Positions 1 through 13,597 of a stretch of 64,000 nucleotides of DNA are shown one piece after another. The notes below the pieces were generated by a model that saw nothing but the letters and a program-made list of their open reading frames with translations, was not told the origin of the DNA and did not search any database. Location: NCBI GenBank assembly GCA_001643675.2, contig LSRY02000010.1:1426001-1490000 (forward strand), read 5' to 3'. The position numbers were made by a program, and so were the translations under genes. Origin of the DNA: Monocercomonoides exilis PA203 (taxonomy: Eukaryota > Protista > Preaxostyla). Within the stretch, counting starts at the first letter, position 1, and each line of letters begins with the position of its first letter.

Positions 1-2067
1 GCGAAGAAGAAGGAATCATACTTTCTCCACCTTTTTCTTTGGATTTGGATGGAATTTCTTCGCTTGCTGTGCTATTTGTGCTTTGTATGTCTGTTTTGTT
101 GGATTCTTTGCCTTTTCCTTTCTTTTTCTCTTTCTCGTTGTCTTCTTTTTCTCTTTCTTCCTCCTCCTTCTCTTCATCCTCATTCCCTCCATCCTCTTCA
201 TCCTCTTTCTTCTCCTTCCTTTCTCCTTCTGTTCTGATCTCTCCCCATCCACTCCACATGCTTGTCTCTTCGTCTGCATCTCTTCTCTTCATCTTCTTCA
301 TCTCTGCAAATGACACATGGCTGTCTGTCAGCCTCAAAAACGTCATGAAATACTTCAGCTGCACCGAAATGTCCTGCCAAAGCAAGTGCGACACACACAT
401 CTGCGTCTTGTCGGAGAAGCTGTTGAAGCGGAACCGCTCCAGCATAGCCAGCTCCTCCCTCCTGTTTGCCTCTCCCTTCGAGCGATGCTTCGGAATGGGC
501 GTTTGCTCTGTGATGGATGCCACCACTGCTGCCAGCGTCGATGCATTCACCGTCACCAGCTGGTGGAACGGGAACGGCTTGAGCTTGGCCTTCTTGCTGA
601 TGGCTTCGGCAGTCAGCCCTTCCTTCATCTCTGGCTGCAGTGCAGACGCAGACGCCCTCACAGAGTTCTCTATGCGCTTCATGAACACTGTTGTCCGCTC
701 CATCTCGCCGTTCAGCAGAGGAAGCGGCAGAGTGCTCAGCTGAAAAACAGAATTCTGCACATCGCTGGACATCGCTTCAAAGGCAGCATCGGAGAAAAAA
801 GGCTGCTGGAAAAACTGTTTCGCGTCGGGTGAGACAAACAAGAAGATGAAATATTCGAGTAATCCGATGCTCTTCAGAGAAGAAAGGTAAGACCAGCCGA
901 ACGGCTGCTCCCGCTGCTTGTACATGTTCAGCTCTTCTTCGGGGCTGTCCACGATTATCTGCTCAATCAGCTCGCCGCTGTCGAGATGGATTCCGCCTTC
1001 GATTGGAGTGTCCAGACAGTCAACCACGTCTTTCACATCGGCTGTGACATCGCCCATCAGCCGCAGCTTCATCTCGTTCTGGCGATGCTTTGGATCGCGC
1101 CTGTGCTGCTCGAAATACACGGCTAGCATTGATACCCCGCAGACTTTGCAGTATACATTTGGCTGAGAAAATGTAGCTTGAAGTTGTTTGGAATTTATTG
1201 GATCGTTTTGCAAAGAAACATTGGCATTTGGCTGATATATCACATAGATCATCTTTGGAAGTGTAAATTTTGTCGATTCCCAGCCTTTCCACTTCCCAAT
1301 GTTCCACACAACATCAAAGCTTTTTATTACAAATTGCTCAAACATATGATAATCCATTTGAGGATGGTTTCTTAAATATGAATGTCTTAAAACTGCTATA
1401 AGCGCATGTAAAAACTGTTCATATTCTTTTGATGCTTTAGCCTCTCGAGGAATTAAATGTAGCTGTCTGACCGCATGCGAAAATGTTTCAAAGTTTGTGT
1501 TATACTGAAGTTGTGAAACAAATGCAAGATTTGAAAAAAGTGAATGTGCAGCATTCAAATCAAGTACCACTCCTCGAGTTTGTTCTCCATAAAAGTTAAC
1601 AAGCACTAAAATTTTATAGAATTTAATATTTATCGAAAAAATTAAAAAAATTATCTTGCAAACATGACAATTCCCCACATTCCAAGTATGATGACATAAG
1701 TGAAGCAGCAGTTCGCAAAATTTGATCATATATTCTTATTTCTTCCAGTTGTTCCATATAGCCATAAACAACAGATGAAGATATAGCTTGCAATCCTGAA
1801 TTCAAAAAATATGGTGCATTTTTCTGCTGCAGCTCAATAACGCGTTCGTTTATATTTTTAATATTCTCTATATAGCGATTTATTTTTTCTTGTTGGTGAA
1901 GAAACTCCGATTGCTATGAATATGGAAAAAAATGAAGCATAAAAATTAAAATATTAAAAAGCAAGGCAAACAGATTTTGAATTTAATCGTAAAAGTTCTA
2001 AAATTGACTTTTCCATTTGTTGTAACTCATTTGATAGTTTTGAATGAAGGGCTATTTCTGAGGTCAT
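1..2067 (-). CDS. Multi-exon hypothetical protein with a C2H2 (U1/matrin-like) zinc-finger motif; 3' end lies outside the window
   Basis: A minus-strand frame is open from about 1370 to position 1 (NHPQMDYHMFEQF...YCKVCGVSMLAVYFEQHRRDPKH...acidic tail). It is missing from the ORF track because it has no stop in the window. Likely upstream exons lie at 1623-1910 and about 1990-2067 (MTSEIALHSKL). Exon borders are approximate. Confidence 0.6.
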
Positions 2068-2255
2068 TGCAAATTATCCTGTTTTTGTGCAAGTTCTTTT
2101 TGGATCCTTTAATAAATAAATAATGTTTTGGATCTTAATTCATTTTGAAAAAAAATATTTTTAAAATAAGTGAAATGAATTTAATAAAAATTATTTTTAA
2201 AAAAATGAATTGAATTTTTTGTGCATAATTTGATAAAGTAATTTATTGAGATGCC

Positions 2256-4190
2256 TCAATCTATTCCTTTCTTTGATACAATAAATCCTCTCATTGTTTG
2301 TTCGTGTATAAAAGCATCCTCTTCTTCCTTCTGATCTTCAAGTGGCATCTGTATTTCATTTCTGTGCGATTCCCTACCGCTTTTTCCTGTGCACACTGAG
2401 CCCCTAACAAACTGATGGCAGCAAGCATAGCCCCATTTGCCTTGACAATAATAAGATCCATAGATAGTTGTGTGGTTATTGACAAACACGTCTTCCTCGT
2501 ATTTGGAAGAAATCTGAAGAACTTTGTGGCGAGGGTGCATCAGCGTTGAGAATGTAGTCGTCGGTGCAGCTTGACGATGAGACAGCTCAAGTTTGGAGTC
2601 TGTTGATGATGAAGATGATTGGGTGATTGACAAGGACGAAGGAGAAGAAAGAGAAGACAAAGAGGAGGAAGAGCTTGCTGGATGTGTTTGAGAGATATCA
2701 GGGAGCGCAAGCGGTGTTTCGGTAACACCTTCCTTCGCCTTTCCGTCCCGTGTGTATTCCACATACTTCTCTGTCTGTCCCAGCAGCAGCTCAAGTGGAA
2801 GTGAATCAGAAGTGCCATTCTTCTTCTTCTTCTTCTTCTTTTTCTTTTTCTTCCTCAATTCTGAGTGTTCAGAAGTTGTTCCAGCTGGCTCTGGCGCAAT
2901 GCCAATCATAAATGATGCATCATCTTCCATCTTTTCGCGATCTGATAACATTTCCTTTGCGTTTCCTTTTGCTGCTGGCGAACCATCTTCTTCTTTATGC
3001 TCATCATTTGCCTTGTCTTCTTCCTCTTCTTCCTCTTCTCCATATTGCTTTTTCAGATCTTCTTCTCTTTGCTGCGCCAAAATCTTCTTCTTCTTTTCAT
3101 ATTCTCTGTAGGCGAGCTCTGTTTGCAACGGATTTGCGATGTACTGCACTCCGTCCTCGCCTTGTTCAGTTGCTTGCAAAGAAAACAGCTGCAACTTGGC
3201 AAACTCGATTGTGTCTCCTGTCCAACGCAGTTTGTTATCTCCCTGATACGCTCTGATCGCTGTTCCTGAGCTGCCTTCGCCCAAATTCCCTGCTCCTCCG
3301 CTGGCTGAAGAATGCACTCCTGTTCCAGTTGCACCTGATGCCTCCTCAAACGCAATGGGATCTTCATGCATTGCTCGACTTTTTGGATCATAATATGCTG
3401 AATTCAAATCAAGGTTATATAAATACTTCGCTGTGTCTTCTCTGATGCGAAGATTTCTTATAGCTGTTCTTGTTCGTGAGTCAACAAAAGCAATTGATGA
3501 AGGATCCGCAGCGCTTTCGTCTTCACGTATTCCTGCATGTTCATCTTGATCTTCTATAACATCACCAACGCTGCTTGTCGCTTTTAATCTTAATTCTTTT
3601 CGTTTTTCATCAAGCTTCTGATAACGTTCATGTACATCCTTGTAGAAATCTGGATGATATCCATTCCATATATCTCTTTTTGAATCATAATCCATTGGAA
3701 GATCTTTTTCATCAACAATAACATCATCTCTTTTTATTCCCACTCCACTCCATTTTGCTCCAATTTTTCGGGGATGTTCCAGACATTCTTTTGCAGTATG
3801 CCCCATGGCACCGCAATTAGTGCATGCTCCAGGTCTCCATTTTAATGATTGTTTTCCCTCAGCCTAAATTTTTGAATTGAAAATATAAAGTGAGCTTCGT
3901 CAGGAAATTTTAGCAAACATTTTTTCCTCTGGGATACCAAGCCTTTGAACCAAGATGTAAATCATCTCCTTGGTGAGCAACACGTTGATGATTTAGTGAA
4001 TTGGTTTTTTGTTTTAAATACCCTATTTGAAAAATAATTAAAAGCACCTTAAAATATGTAATTTTTTATAAAATAGTTAACATACAAGGAGCTTGACTCA
4101 TCCACTGGGGGATATGTGGGTTAATTTCTTCGCCTCCGCTTTGAGAATCTGTTCCACCATCTGTTTTTGCATTACTTGAACCAGAGCTCC
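2256..4190 (-). CDS. SLU7: Pre-mRNA splicing factor SLU7 (at least 3 exons; start codon not fixed)
   Basis: Spliced translation gives INPHIPQWMSQAPWY, AWYPRG, zinc knuckle GACTNCGAMGHTAKECLE, YDSKRDIWNGY, RNLRIREDTAKYLYNLDLNSAYYDPKSRAM and C-terminal NHTTIYGSYY...WGYACCH. GT-AG introns lie at about 4085-4023 and 3917-3864. Confidence 0.95.
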
Positions 4191-4949
4191 TTTTTGAAAT
4201 GTGAGGAAATTTTTTTTATATAATGAAATTAATACGAGAATTTAGTGGTTATCATAATTGATGCAAACATGTGTGACAAGTTCTGGACGAGTAAATAAAT
4301 GAAAACTTTTTTGCATCCCATTATAATATCAATTCGATCCATAATTCTCTAAGCAATATTTTGAAATTTCTATATTTTTCTGAATAAGCTTTGATACAAA
4401 TGCTTGGAAAGCGCTGGACAAATCGGTATGATACGACCAGTGAAAAATTCATATCATAATGATTTCTTTTTCATAATACAACAAGATAAATCATTTGTGC
4501 AATGAAGATATAGTCAATTTTTACAAAGAAAGTAACTTATTATTTTTTTCTATAATTGAATAATGACGAAAAAATTATTTTCGTATTGAAGCCCTAATAT
4601 CTGTAAAAATGAAGTTTAAATGAAATTTCTTTTATGGTTAACCCTTATTCATGGAGTTCTGTTATAAAAATTAGTTAATAGGGTTAAAAAAAAAAAAAAA
4701 AAATAAAAAAAAAAAAAAAAAAAATAAAAAAAAAAAAAAAAAATAAAATTCAAAAACAACTTCAATTATTTTTCTTTGTAATGAAATGAGATAATGATGA
4801 ATTATGCACAGAGTTTCAAAGAACGAAAATAAGCAAACAAATTTATGTGCAGCAAAAATTGATCTAACCTTTAATTATGAGTTGTAATTTCCTGAATTTA
4901 ATTCATCGAATATTTTTCTCCTTTTACGTTAACGAAGCTGTGTGGTGAG

Positions 4950-6600
4950 TTCAATGCTTTTTGTTTTTTATTTTTTTTATTTTCACCATCATAACTGATT
5001 TCCTTCACACATTAATAATCATCATCAATTCTTCTTCTTCTCAATCTTATTCTCTTTTTCTTTTCATCATCGAATTTCTTTAATATCCTTTGTTTATATT
5101 CCTTTTCTTCACATATTTCAATATTTTCTTCCTTCTTTTCTTTCAGTTGTCGTTTTTCTTTTGGAAAAAAAATCTCCAAAAAATCCTTCTTTATTTCATT
5201 TGTTGAATATTATGTTGAGAACTTTTGAGAAGATGAAGGTGAACTTCATATCCATGACAGCACAGAAGAGATAGCTACCAGATCAACACCTGTATTCGAA
5301 AATGAAGATCTAATGACTGATGGAGTTGTTGATGCTGTAAAAGCTTCTGGCAAAGCATCTGCCAAAGCTTTTCTATATGAAGAGGTTGAAAATTGAGTTG
5401 GCCCTGCAAAAGAGTTTTGAAGAACTTTTTTGAACCTTGAAAACACACGGTTATCACAGGGTTGCAAAAGGTGAGTCATGTTAGAAGGGAAAAATTCAAC
5501 GATGATATTTCTTTGTTCAGCAAATGCAATCACTTCTGAATCGAAATGAGTTCGGTGATTATTCAATAAAAGCAGTGCTTTTTTCGAAGATGAGAGTTTA
5601 AGCTTATTGACAGTTAATGGAAGCTATTTCTTTGTCATTATCCTTCAAAACAATTCAGCAGATATCCATCGTGATGAAGACGCCTCATTAGAGACATTGA
5701 ATGAAGAAAAATTAGAGAATTTCTGTGGAATCTTTTTTCGAGAGTATATGCATGATAATATTTTACAACATAACTTTATTCGGGATGAATATTTATCAAA
5801 AATTGTTAATTTTCGGAAAAAGTTTTGTTTTCAGAAGCACAATTCATAGCGACTGTGTTTATAATTAGTGTTTTTTCTCAAATAAAAACGACGATTTCTT
5901 TTGGTTGTTTTTATCCTTTTTCAGCGTTCTTTTGTTGATATTAAAGTGAAATTTTCGAACCGTAATTTTTGAAAGAAAAAATATGATTTCAAAAATAATC
6001 ACCCATATTTGTATATGAGGAAGATGCGACTCGTCCGGTCAAATGCACACACAAACAGTTGCATTTTCCATTTTTGGCAATGAAGATGGGGAAGGAGGGG
6101 ATTTGTTTTTCAAGCAAACTAAGAATTTTTCTGTTCCATCACCTTCTCATACTGAAGATTCGTCAAAATTGCACACATCTGTCTCATTCACACGATTGAC
6201 TGCGATGATGAAAGATATCATATCGAGCTATGAATGAATTGCTTCCGGAGATTATTCGTTTATTTTTGTTATTTCCATCAGCCTGAAAATTGATGTCCTG
6301 AAAGTTGAACTTCTTTTTCTCAAATCATACGAAAATTTGGAGTTGACTATATGTTTTTTTTCTTCTCTTTCGCAGCCATTATTCAAAATGTATTGTATCT
6401 TCAATAAACAAAAATAGAAAAAACAAAAAAATCAAAATTTTCAGACCATTGATTGAATATCCTTCGATCGGACGATTTTTTTTCAGGACAGAAGGGGAAT
6501 AACCTGATTTTTAACTGTTTTGAAATTGCTTTTTTGCTATAATTGCAGGTCTTCATACTTTTGCAAACTTGTCGTTTTGCTTTCAAATAAGCCATTCCTT
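4950..6600 (-). pseudogene. Decayed pogo/Tc5-like DDE_1 transposase
   Basis: DVCNFDESSV near 6150-6180 and NNHRTH...FPSNMTHLLQPCDNRVFSRFKK (5246-5566) match DDE_1 motifs. The frame is broken by stops and frameshifts, and no clear TIRs were found. Confidence 0.75.
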
Positions 6601-7310
6601 TTTTCTATGCTTCGTATGAAATATAGTTGGATCCCACATCAGTTTTCCACGTGACAGCATATTTCTTTTTGATTTCAAAGACTAATAGGGAAGGAGATGA
6701 AAAATTTCATTAATCTAATGATGCTGAAGGAGTGTGAAGTTCTTTGGAAGATATTTTTTTTTGAGAATTTTCCGTCATTATTTATCTGATCTGAAATTGA
6801 TCAATTATAAAAATAAGAATATCAAAGAAAGAAAGTCAGTTATTAACAATCAAGAATTAACTAATGTGAAGTCCAAGTCATTTGCTTTTGAAGATTCATA
6901 AGATGAAAATTCTTTCTTTTTATTTAATCAACAAAAGTCTGTTGATTTTTCTGAAGATTTTTATTGTTTTTTCGATGATTATCTAAACTATATTTCATGC
7001 TCTGTAAGCGTTGAGCTTTTGAATGTTATTTTATTCATTATCAATAAAATTGTCAACTTATTTTCCGTTCTTCAAGGTTAACAGATAACTTGGATTTCCG
7101 GATTTTCCACCAGCTGCCTGTTTTTCCATGGATGGTGTAGCCAATTCTGAAGAGAAATATTTTGACAAATATTTGGTGCAAAATTCTTGCATTTTTTAAA
7201 AAATAACAATGGTTTATTCAAAACTTTTTCTTCAACCTTATCATTATTATACAAACTTTTACATGAATAATTATTTAAAAAAAATAAATATATAAATTAA
7301 AAAATTAAAA

Positions 7311-7710
<400 letters not shown>

Positions 7711-7894
7711 AATATAAGATATGATTGAGAGGAACAATGTTCAAAAAACGAAATATTACGTGCCGTATTCAAAAATAAAAAAGATGATAATATCACGAAG
7801 TTAAATTATTATGTTCATATTTGATGAAGAGGAAATATCGTTAAAAGAAATTAATGAAAGTGGGCAGATAACGATGTAAAAAAAAATTCGATTT

Positions 7895-8134
7895 GGGTCA
7901 TTCTTTTTGAAAAGTCGAAAGTGTTTAATTTTGAAACAAACCAAAATTTTCACATTTTGCACAAGTTTTTGTTGACATTCACCAAACTTCACTAATATGG
8001 AATATATTTCTGGATAATGCTATTTCGAGCATTTTTTAGAAGATTCATGAGTTAAGACAGAAATTTGAGCAAAATATGAAAATTTTGATTTATTTGAAAT
8101 TTTAACTCTTGCGACTTTTCAAAAAGAATGACAC
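7895..8134. mobile_element. 240-bp MITE (family B) with 4-bp TSD ATTT
   Basis: TIRs GGGTCATTCTTTTTGAAAAGTCG...CGACTTTTCAAAAAGAATGACAC, with ATTT at 7891-7894 and 8135-8138. A homologue lies at 61190-61428. Confidence 0.85.
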
Positions 8135-9049
8135 ATTTGTTTGTTATTCTAAATTTAAACAGTTATTAATTAAGGCAATTTTGATATTTCGAAAGTGACT
8201 TTCGTATTACAATGGTTTTAAACCGAGAAAATCTATCCTTCAAATCCAATATAGGGTGATTTTTTTATCCGGACATAATTTTTATTTTTTGATAAAAAAA
8301 AATATTTTTTTTATAAATCGCATGTTGAAATTTTCGAAAAAATGCAACAATCAATAGTAAATATGATCCATAAATTGGCATAGGTGTATTTAAGGTCCTT
8401 TTCCAATTCTTGATTATTCTTTAAAACATTATGATAAATAAAAAGTAGAATTAATAATAAAACATTTGTATGGACTGGAATCTTGAAATTCTTTTTGATC
8501 CTTGAGAAAAAACTATTTTTAAAAATCACCCATAAATATGAGTATTTTTTCAAAATTTCAATTAAAATTGATAATTTCCAAATAATAAGCAGCTGAGAGA
8601 TCGTAAATTATTATATACTCTTATTTTATTCATGATTTTTCAAAAAATAAAACATTTGAAAAAATAAATTAAAAAATTAAAATATTTTGATCATTCCCAC
8701 AATTATATTTTTGATATCCAAAAAATAAGAAATTAGTTTCTTTCGTCGTGAATTGAACCTCCGCTTGCGAACATATAACAAATCATATATAAATATAGTT
8801 TAAAAGTGTGTGATGAATAATAATTAATATCTCATTCAAATTTTTATGAATTTTGTTTATGATTTTAAGGATGATTATTTTCGTGCAGCTGTTGGATATA
8901 CGCCATAAACCACGGTGATATTGATAAAGAAGCATTTTACAAAGTGTGCGAAACATTCTTATCATTAATAAACACTGTTTCATTAAAATTTTTGACAAAA
9001 CTCATAAAATATTATTTATTTTATTCTTAAAAAGGATAGATGTTAAATG

Positions 9050-11588
9050 GTATAGCCGATTTGAGTGAAAATTATACAAAAATAGCGCAAGGTTAAAAAG
9101 AAATGATGTTCGTTGGGATTATTATTCCATCTTGTTTAAGAAAAACAACGCATCAGTGATCGAATCAAACACTCAAAATGGCGAATTGTATATGAAGAAC
9201 TGCGCAATGAGTGTGGCAGGAGGAAAGCAAAACACAATTACATTTTTCTTAATCAAATCGACAGAAATGATGGTTGAGCTGGAGTTTGTCACGATTTCAG
9301 ATGTGAAATCAACGTCTCGTTATTTTCGTTCTCTCTTTCATCAGCAAATATTAATGAACAGGAATACAAGGTGAAACTTTTAAATTGTTCACTGCAAAGA
9401 TTGGAGATTGATGGAAGTGGAGAAGCAGCCGTGTTTGGAGGGAATATGGGAGTTGGAATGGTGATGAATGGAAGCAGAATTGACGGGGCAGTGTCGGAGA
9501 AGAGCAAAGAAGGAGGGGCACTGAAAATAGCGTTGAATGAAGGAGGATTTGTTGCAATTGAAGAGAGCTCATTTACTGGATGTGTTTGCAAGAATATGAG
9601 TGAGGGAGGAAAAGGAGGAGGGATTTATCTGGATTGCAGTTCAAATGGAGAAGCATTTCAGCTCTCATCGATATCGTTTTCTGGATGCTCAGCAACAGTT
9701 GGGAAGAACATGTTTGTGAAGAGCAGCAGTCTGGTGAACAGCGTGAATACAGAGCGTTTTGCATTTGATTGCTCAGGATTCAAGGAGGATGGGAATGCAT
9801 TTGTTGGGGAAGATGGGATTTATGGCGAAATGGATCTTCGAGTGTTTCTTGTTTCTTTGAAGTGTGTGGTTGTGTCTGTGTCGACAGATGGGCATGACAC
9901 ATTGGGATGTGGAAGCGATGAATTTCCTTGTTATTCGATTGTTCATAGTCTTTTGCATCTGTCATCATAACGTGTTCGTCTGATTTTCATTGTGGCAAAG
10001 AGCATGATTGAAGGAGAGATAAATCTGGAGGAGATGAGTTTGAGTTCAAAGAGCAGAGATTTGTGTGAAGTTGAAGTGAAATCAAACATTGGAAAAACAA
10101 GAGAGGCTTTGATTTCAACAACTGGAACAGTCTCATTGTCAAGAGTGAACTTTGTGTTCGATTCTGAATTCATTTCTTCACATGAATCGTTGATATCTCA
10201 TGATGGAGGAATTCTTGAAATTATGAATTGCTCATTCGCTTCAAAACAATCCAATGAAGAAGAAAATGAATTTGCAAACATTCCATTTCACATAATTAAT
10301 ATGGAAAAAGGAGAATTACAACTTGATGGATGCTCTATATCAAATCTCATTCTTCATGAATCGGCATTGCATCTTTCATCACCACTTCCATCAGTGATTT
10401 ATTTATTAACGATTTGCAATTCTACAATTAAAACTTCTTTGATAGATATAAACGAATGTGGGCAATTAACAATCAAGGATTTCAATACAGAAAATATCAC
10501 AGTTGAAGGAAATGAAGAATCATTGATATCTTGCCTGTCAATGAAAAAGACAATGCAATTGACAAATTGCAACAATGTGTGGAGTCAGTTCAAAGACCAC
10601 AAAAGGGAAATTGATGAAAATGGAGGATTGCACAGATGTAAAAATGGACAGTTGCATTTTTGATGGAAGTTCAAAGGAAAGAAATGAGAAGAAGTTGAAT
10701 ATGGAAGAAGAGATGTGCAGATGGGATGGATCTCTTGTGGATGTTGTGAAGAGTTCTGTTTTGATGAAAGATACAACATTATCGAATTCACCAAATGGTG
10801 GAATAACAATGAGTGGAGGAAATGTGATTATTGAGAAAGGAGAGTTCATAAATAACAATCCATCAATTGAGAGATATCCATCATTGAGAAGAAATATCAT
10901 CTGTTCAGATTCAGGAGTATTGAATGTGATGAGTTTGAAAGGAGGTGATGGTTGGAAGGATAATACTTCACTCTGGATGTTGAATGAAGGGTGCAGTTTT
11001 GAAGGGATTGTTACAAAAAGGGATTCATCATTCTTCATTCCTGTGTTGGAAAGCGTGGAAACAAAGGAAAGCACAGATAGAATGAAGCTGACATTCAAAG
11101 GATTGCTTCTTGTTCCATGCAATCTGTCATTCTCAGTTGTGAAGAGGAAAGGTGAAGAGAAAGAGATTGAAAAACATGATTTTGATTCAAATGGATTCTT
11201 GTCAGAAAGAGAAGTTGAGGGAAGTGTGGCAAAAGATCTTATCAGCAGTTGTGGAAATGATGTTGAGGTGAGTGTGCATGTCTTATTTGGGAATGCAGAA
11301 TCTCCTTCATCAACAAATTCATTTATTCTGAAGAATGCAACTGCATCTGAATCTGATGGAGATGGAAACGTTGTGAAAGAAGGCAATCTGACAAGTTCAT
11401 TGTGGATAATAATAACACTTACGATTGTTCTTTTTATTATTCTGATTGTGTCAATTGTTGTCACAATTCGATGGAGAAAGGCAAAGAATGAAAACAAAGA
11501 TCTGAGAGAGATTGTGAATGACACAGTGAAAAAAGATCTGAAGCTGATTGAGATTGTGACAACGAAGATGTCACCAAAAGAGCGATGA
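9050..11588 (+). pseudogene. Fragment of a large surface/transmembrane protein family gene (cargo of the Pack element)
   Basis: Collinear ORFs 9132-9374, 9371-9970, 9992-10663 and 10575-11588 carry GGGIYLDC/GKNMFV beta-helix-like repeats, CGSDEFPC, and a TM segment (LWIIITLTIVLFIILIVSIVVTI-RWRK). There is one in-frame TAA (9968-9970) and there are two frameshifts. Confidence 0.75.
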
Positions 11589-11789
11589 AAGAAAGAAAGA
11601 AATAGAGAGAGAGAGGAGGAGGAGAAAAAGAAGAAGAAGAAGAAGAAGAAGAATATAAAGAATTTGATGAAGAAGAAATTGCGTATGAAGAAGGAGAAGG
11701 AGAAAAGGAAGAAAAAGAGGAAGAGGAAGAGAAGAGAGAGGTGGTGCATGTGGCGGAAGGGGAGGTGGAGAAAATGAAAGGGATTGGTC

Positions 11790-12615
11790 AGCAAGCTCAG
11801 GAGTTGCCGAGCAGCCTGGCAAAGGATTGTCTAAGCACAAAGATGCGCATTCTGTTGTTGAAGCAACCGAAGTGGCAAAGAAGAGGAGGAAGAGGAGGAA
11901 GAATTAGATAACAATAGCGTTGCACTTTTGACCAAACCAGGCCCATCCCTTTCGCGTCCGATGTCTGTCTCTGCTTTGGCTTCTGCATCTGTCTCTGCCC
12001 CTGTTTCTGCTGCTAGCGTGCTCACAAACTGTGGGTTGTCCTTCGGAAAAGGAGAGGGCGGAAGAGATTCCTTCTCAAACCTATACTCGCTCGCAAACAG
12101 CTGCTCTGCAGGTACAATTATGCTCATCCGCTTCGCTTTGTTCCTGGGGGAACAAGACGATGCAGCCATCTCAGCTCCATGTGAACGCTCATCAGAGCAG
12201 CTGTGCCTGCGATGCTGCCTGCTGACTCCTTCTGAATGATGATGATGATGATGGTTAGACGGCAATTGTGGCTGCTGCCGAGATTGTTGTTGAGATTGTT
12301 GCCGCAGCATTTGCTGGTACTTGTTGTGCTATTTGCTACCTTGATTGCTGTGATGGCTGTGGTGTTGGTGTTGGTGGTGGTGATGATGATGATGCAATTG
12401 ATGTGGATGACAATCTTGAGGAGCGCGTGCATGTCCATTGCCTGTGTTCATTTTCGTCTTTGACTTCAATTTCTCTTTCTGTGGTGATGGACCTGTTCCA
12501 GTTTCTGTTTCATGTAGCTGTTGTGTTGCTTTCAGAGTGCGTTGTTCGCATGAACAAGTCAAAGAAGAAGAAGAAGAAGATGAGGAGGAGGAGGAGGAGG
12601 AGTGATGCAATTTTT
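11790..12615 (-). pseudogene. Exon-like fragment of a low-complexity (His/Gln/Ser-rich) host gene (second cargo)
   Basis: ORFs 12329-12610 and 11831-12310 share a frame and are separated by one TAG. The composition is GC-richer and coding-like, resembling the 50470-56993 gene. Confidence 0.55.
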
Positions 12616-13597
12616 GAATAAGGAAATAAAGTTGACTGAGTTCATGGTTATCATTGAATTTACAAAATTTTTGTTATTATTATTAAATGATCCAACAATT
12701 GAAACATCTGTTTGATAGAATATGCCTTGAAAAAGAGCACATGGTATGCGTTCAATGAAATAACAATATACATTTTGGAGTGAAAGAAACTGTTTTCACA
12801 ATTTTTATTAACATTATTAAATTTTGTTAAAATGTATTGATATTTCAAATCGATTCATTTTATAAATAAAAAAACTACAAATATATGAAAAGTCACTTTT
12901 AATGAACAAAAAGAAAACAATTATCTTCGGCATTTTTCCGAAAAAAGCAATAAATTGAAAATGAATAAATCATAACATATCAAATGAACTTAATAAAAGT
13001 TCTAATCTTATAAAAAAATATTCATTATCAATAGTGATCGTTCACCAATGCATATTTGAGAAGAAAACAAATGTATATTAACAAAAACATCCTTTGAAAT
13101 TCAATAAAGCTATGAAAAAGCAGTTCGAGTGAATTTCAACATGGCATCACCTGCTTATAAAAGTTTGAATATATAAGGCGAAGATAACGTGACATCAGAA
13201 AACTTCAACATTGTGTGAAATAAAAAAAAGCGAGTTCTTATTTTTTGGATATCAAAAATATAATTGTGGGAATGATCAAAATATTTTAATTTTTTAATTT
13301 ATTTTTTCAAATGTTTTATTTTTTGAAAAATCATGAATAAAATAAGAGTATATAATAATTTACGATCTCTCAGCTGCTTATTATTTGGAAATTATCAATT
13401 TTAATTGAAATTTTGAAAAAATACTCATATTTATGGGTGATTTTTAAAAATAGTTTTTTCTCAAGGATCAAAAAGAATTTCAAGATTCCAGTCCATACAA
13501 ATGTTTTATTATTAATTCTACTTTTTATTTATCATAATGTTTTAAAGAATAATCAAGAATTGGAAAAGGACCTTAAATACACCTATGCCCATAAATT

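Larger units (their letters stand above)
8377..13589. mobile_element. Non-autonomous Pack-type DNA transposon (Mutator- or Merlin-like) with 355-bp TIRs
   Basis: 8377-8731 is the reverse complement of 13235-13589 and begins GGCATAGG. The direct repeat CATAAATT lies at 8369-8376 and 13590-13597. No transposase was recognised inside. Confidence 0.9.

Noticed and set aside
39-1166. Plus-strand ORFs 39-743, 317-832 and 918-1166
   Set aside because: They are antisense shadows of the long minus-strand exon that runs off the window.
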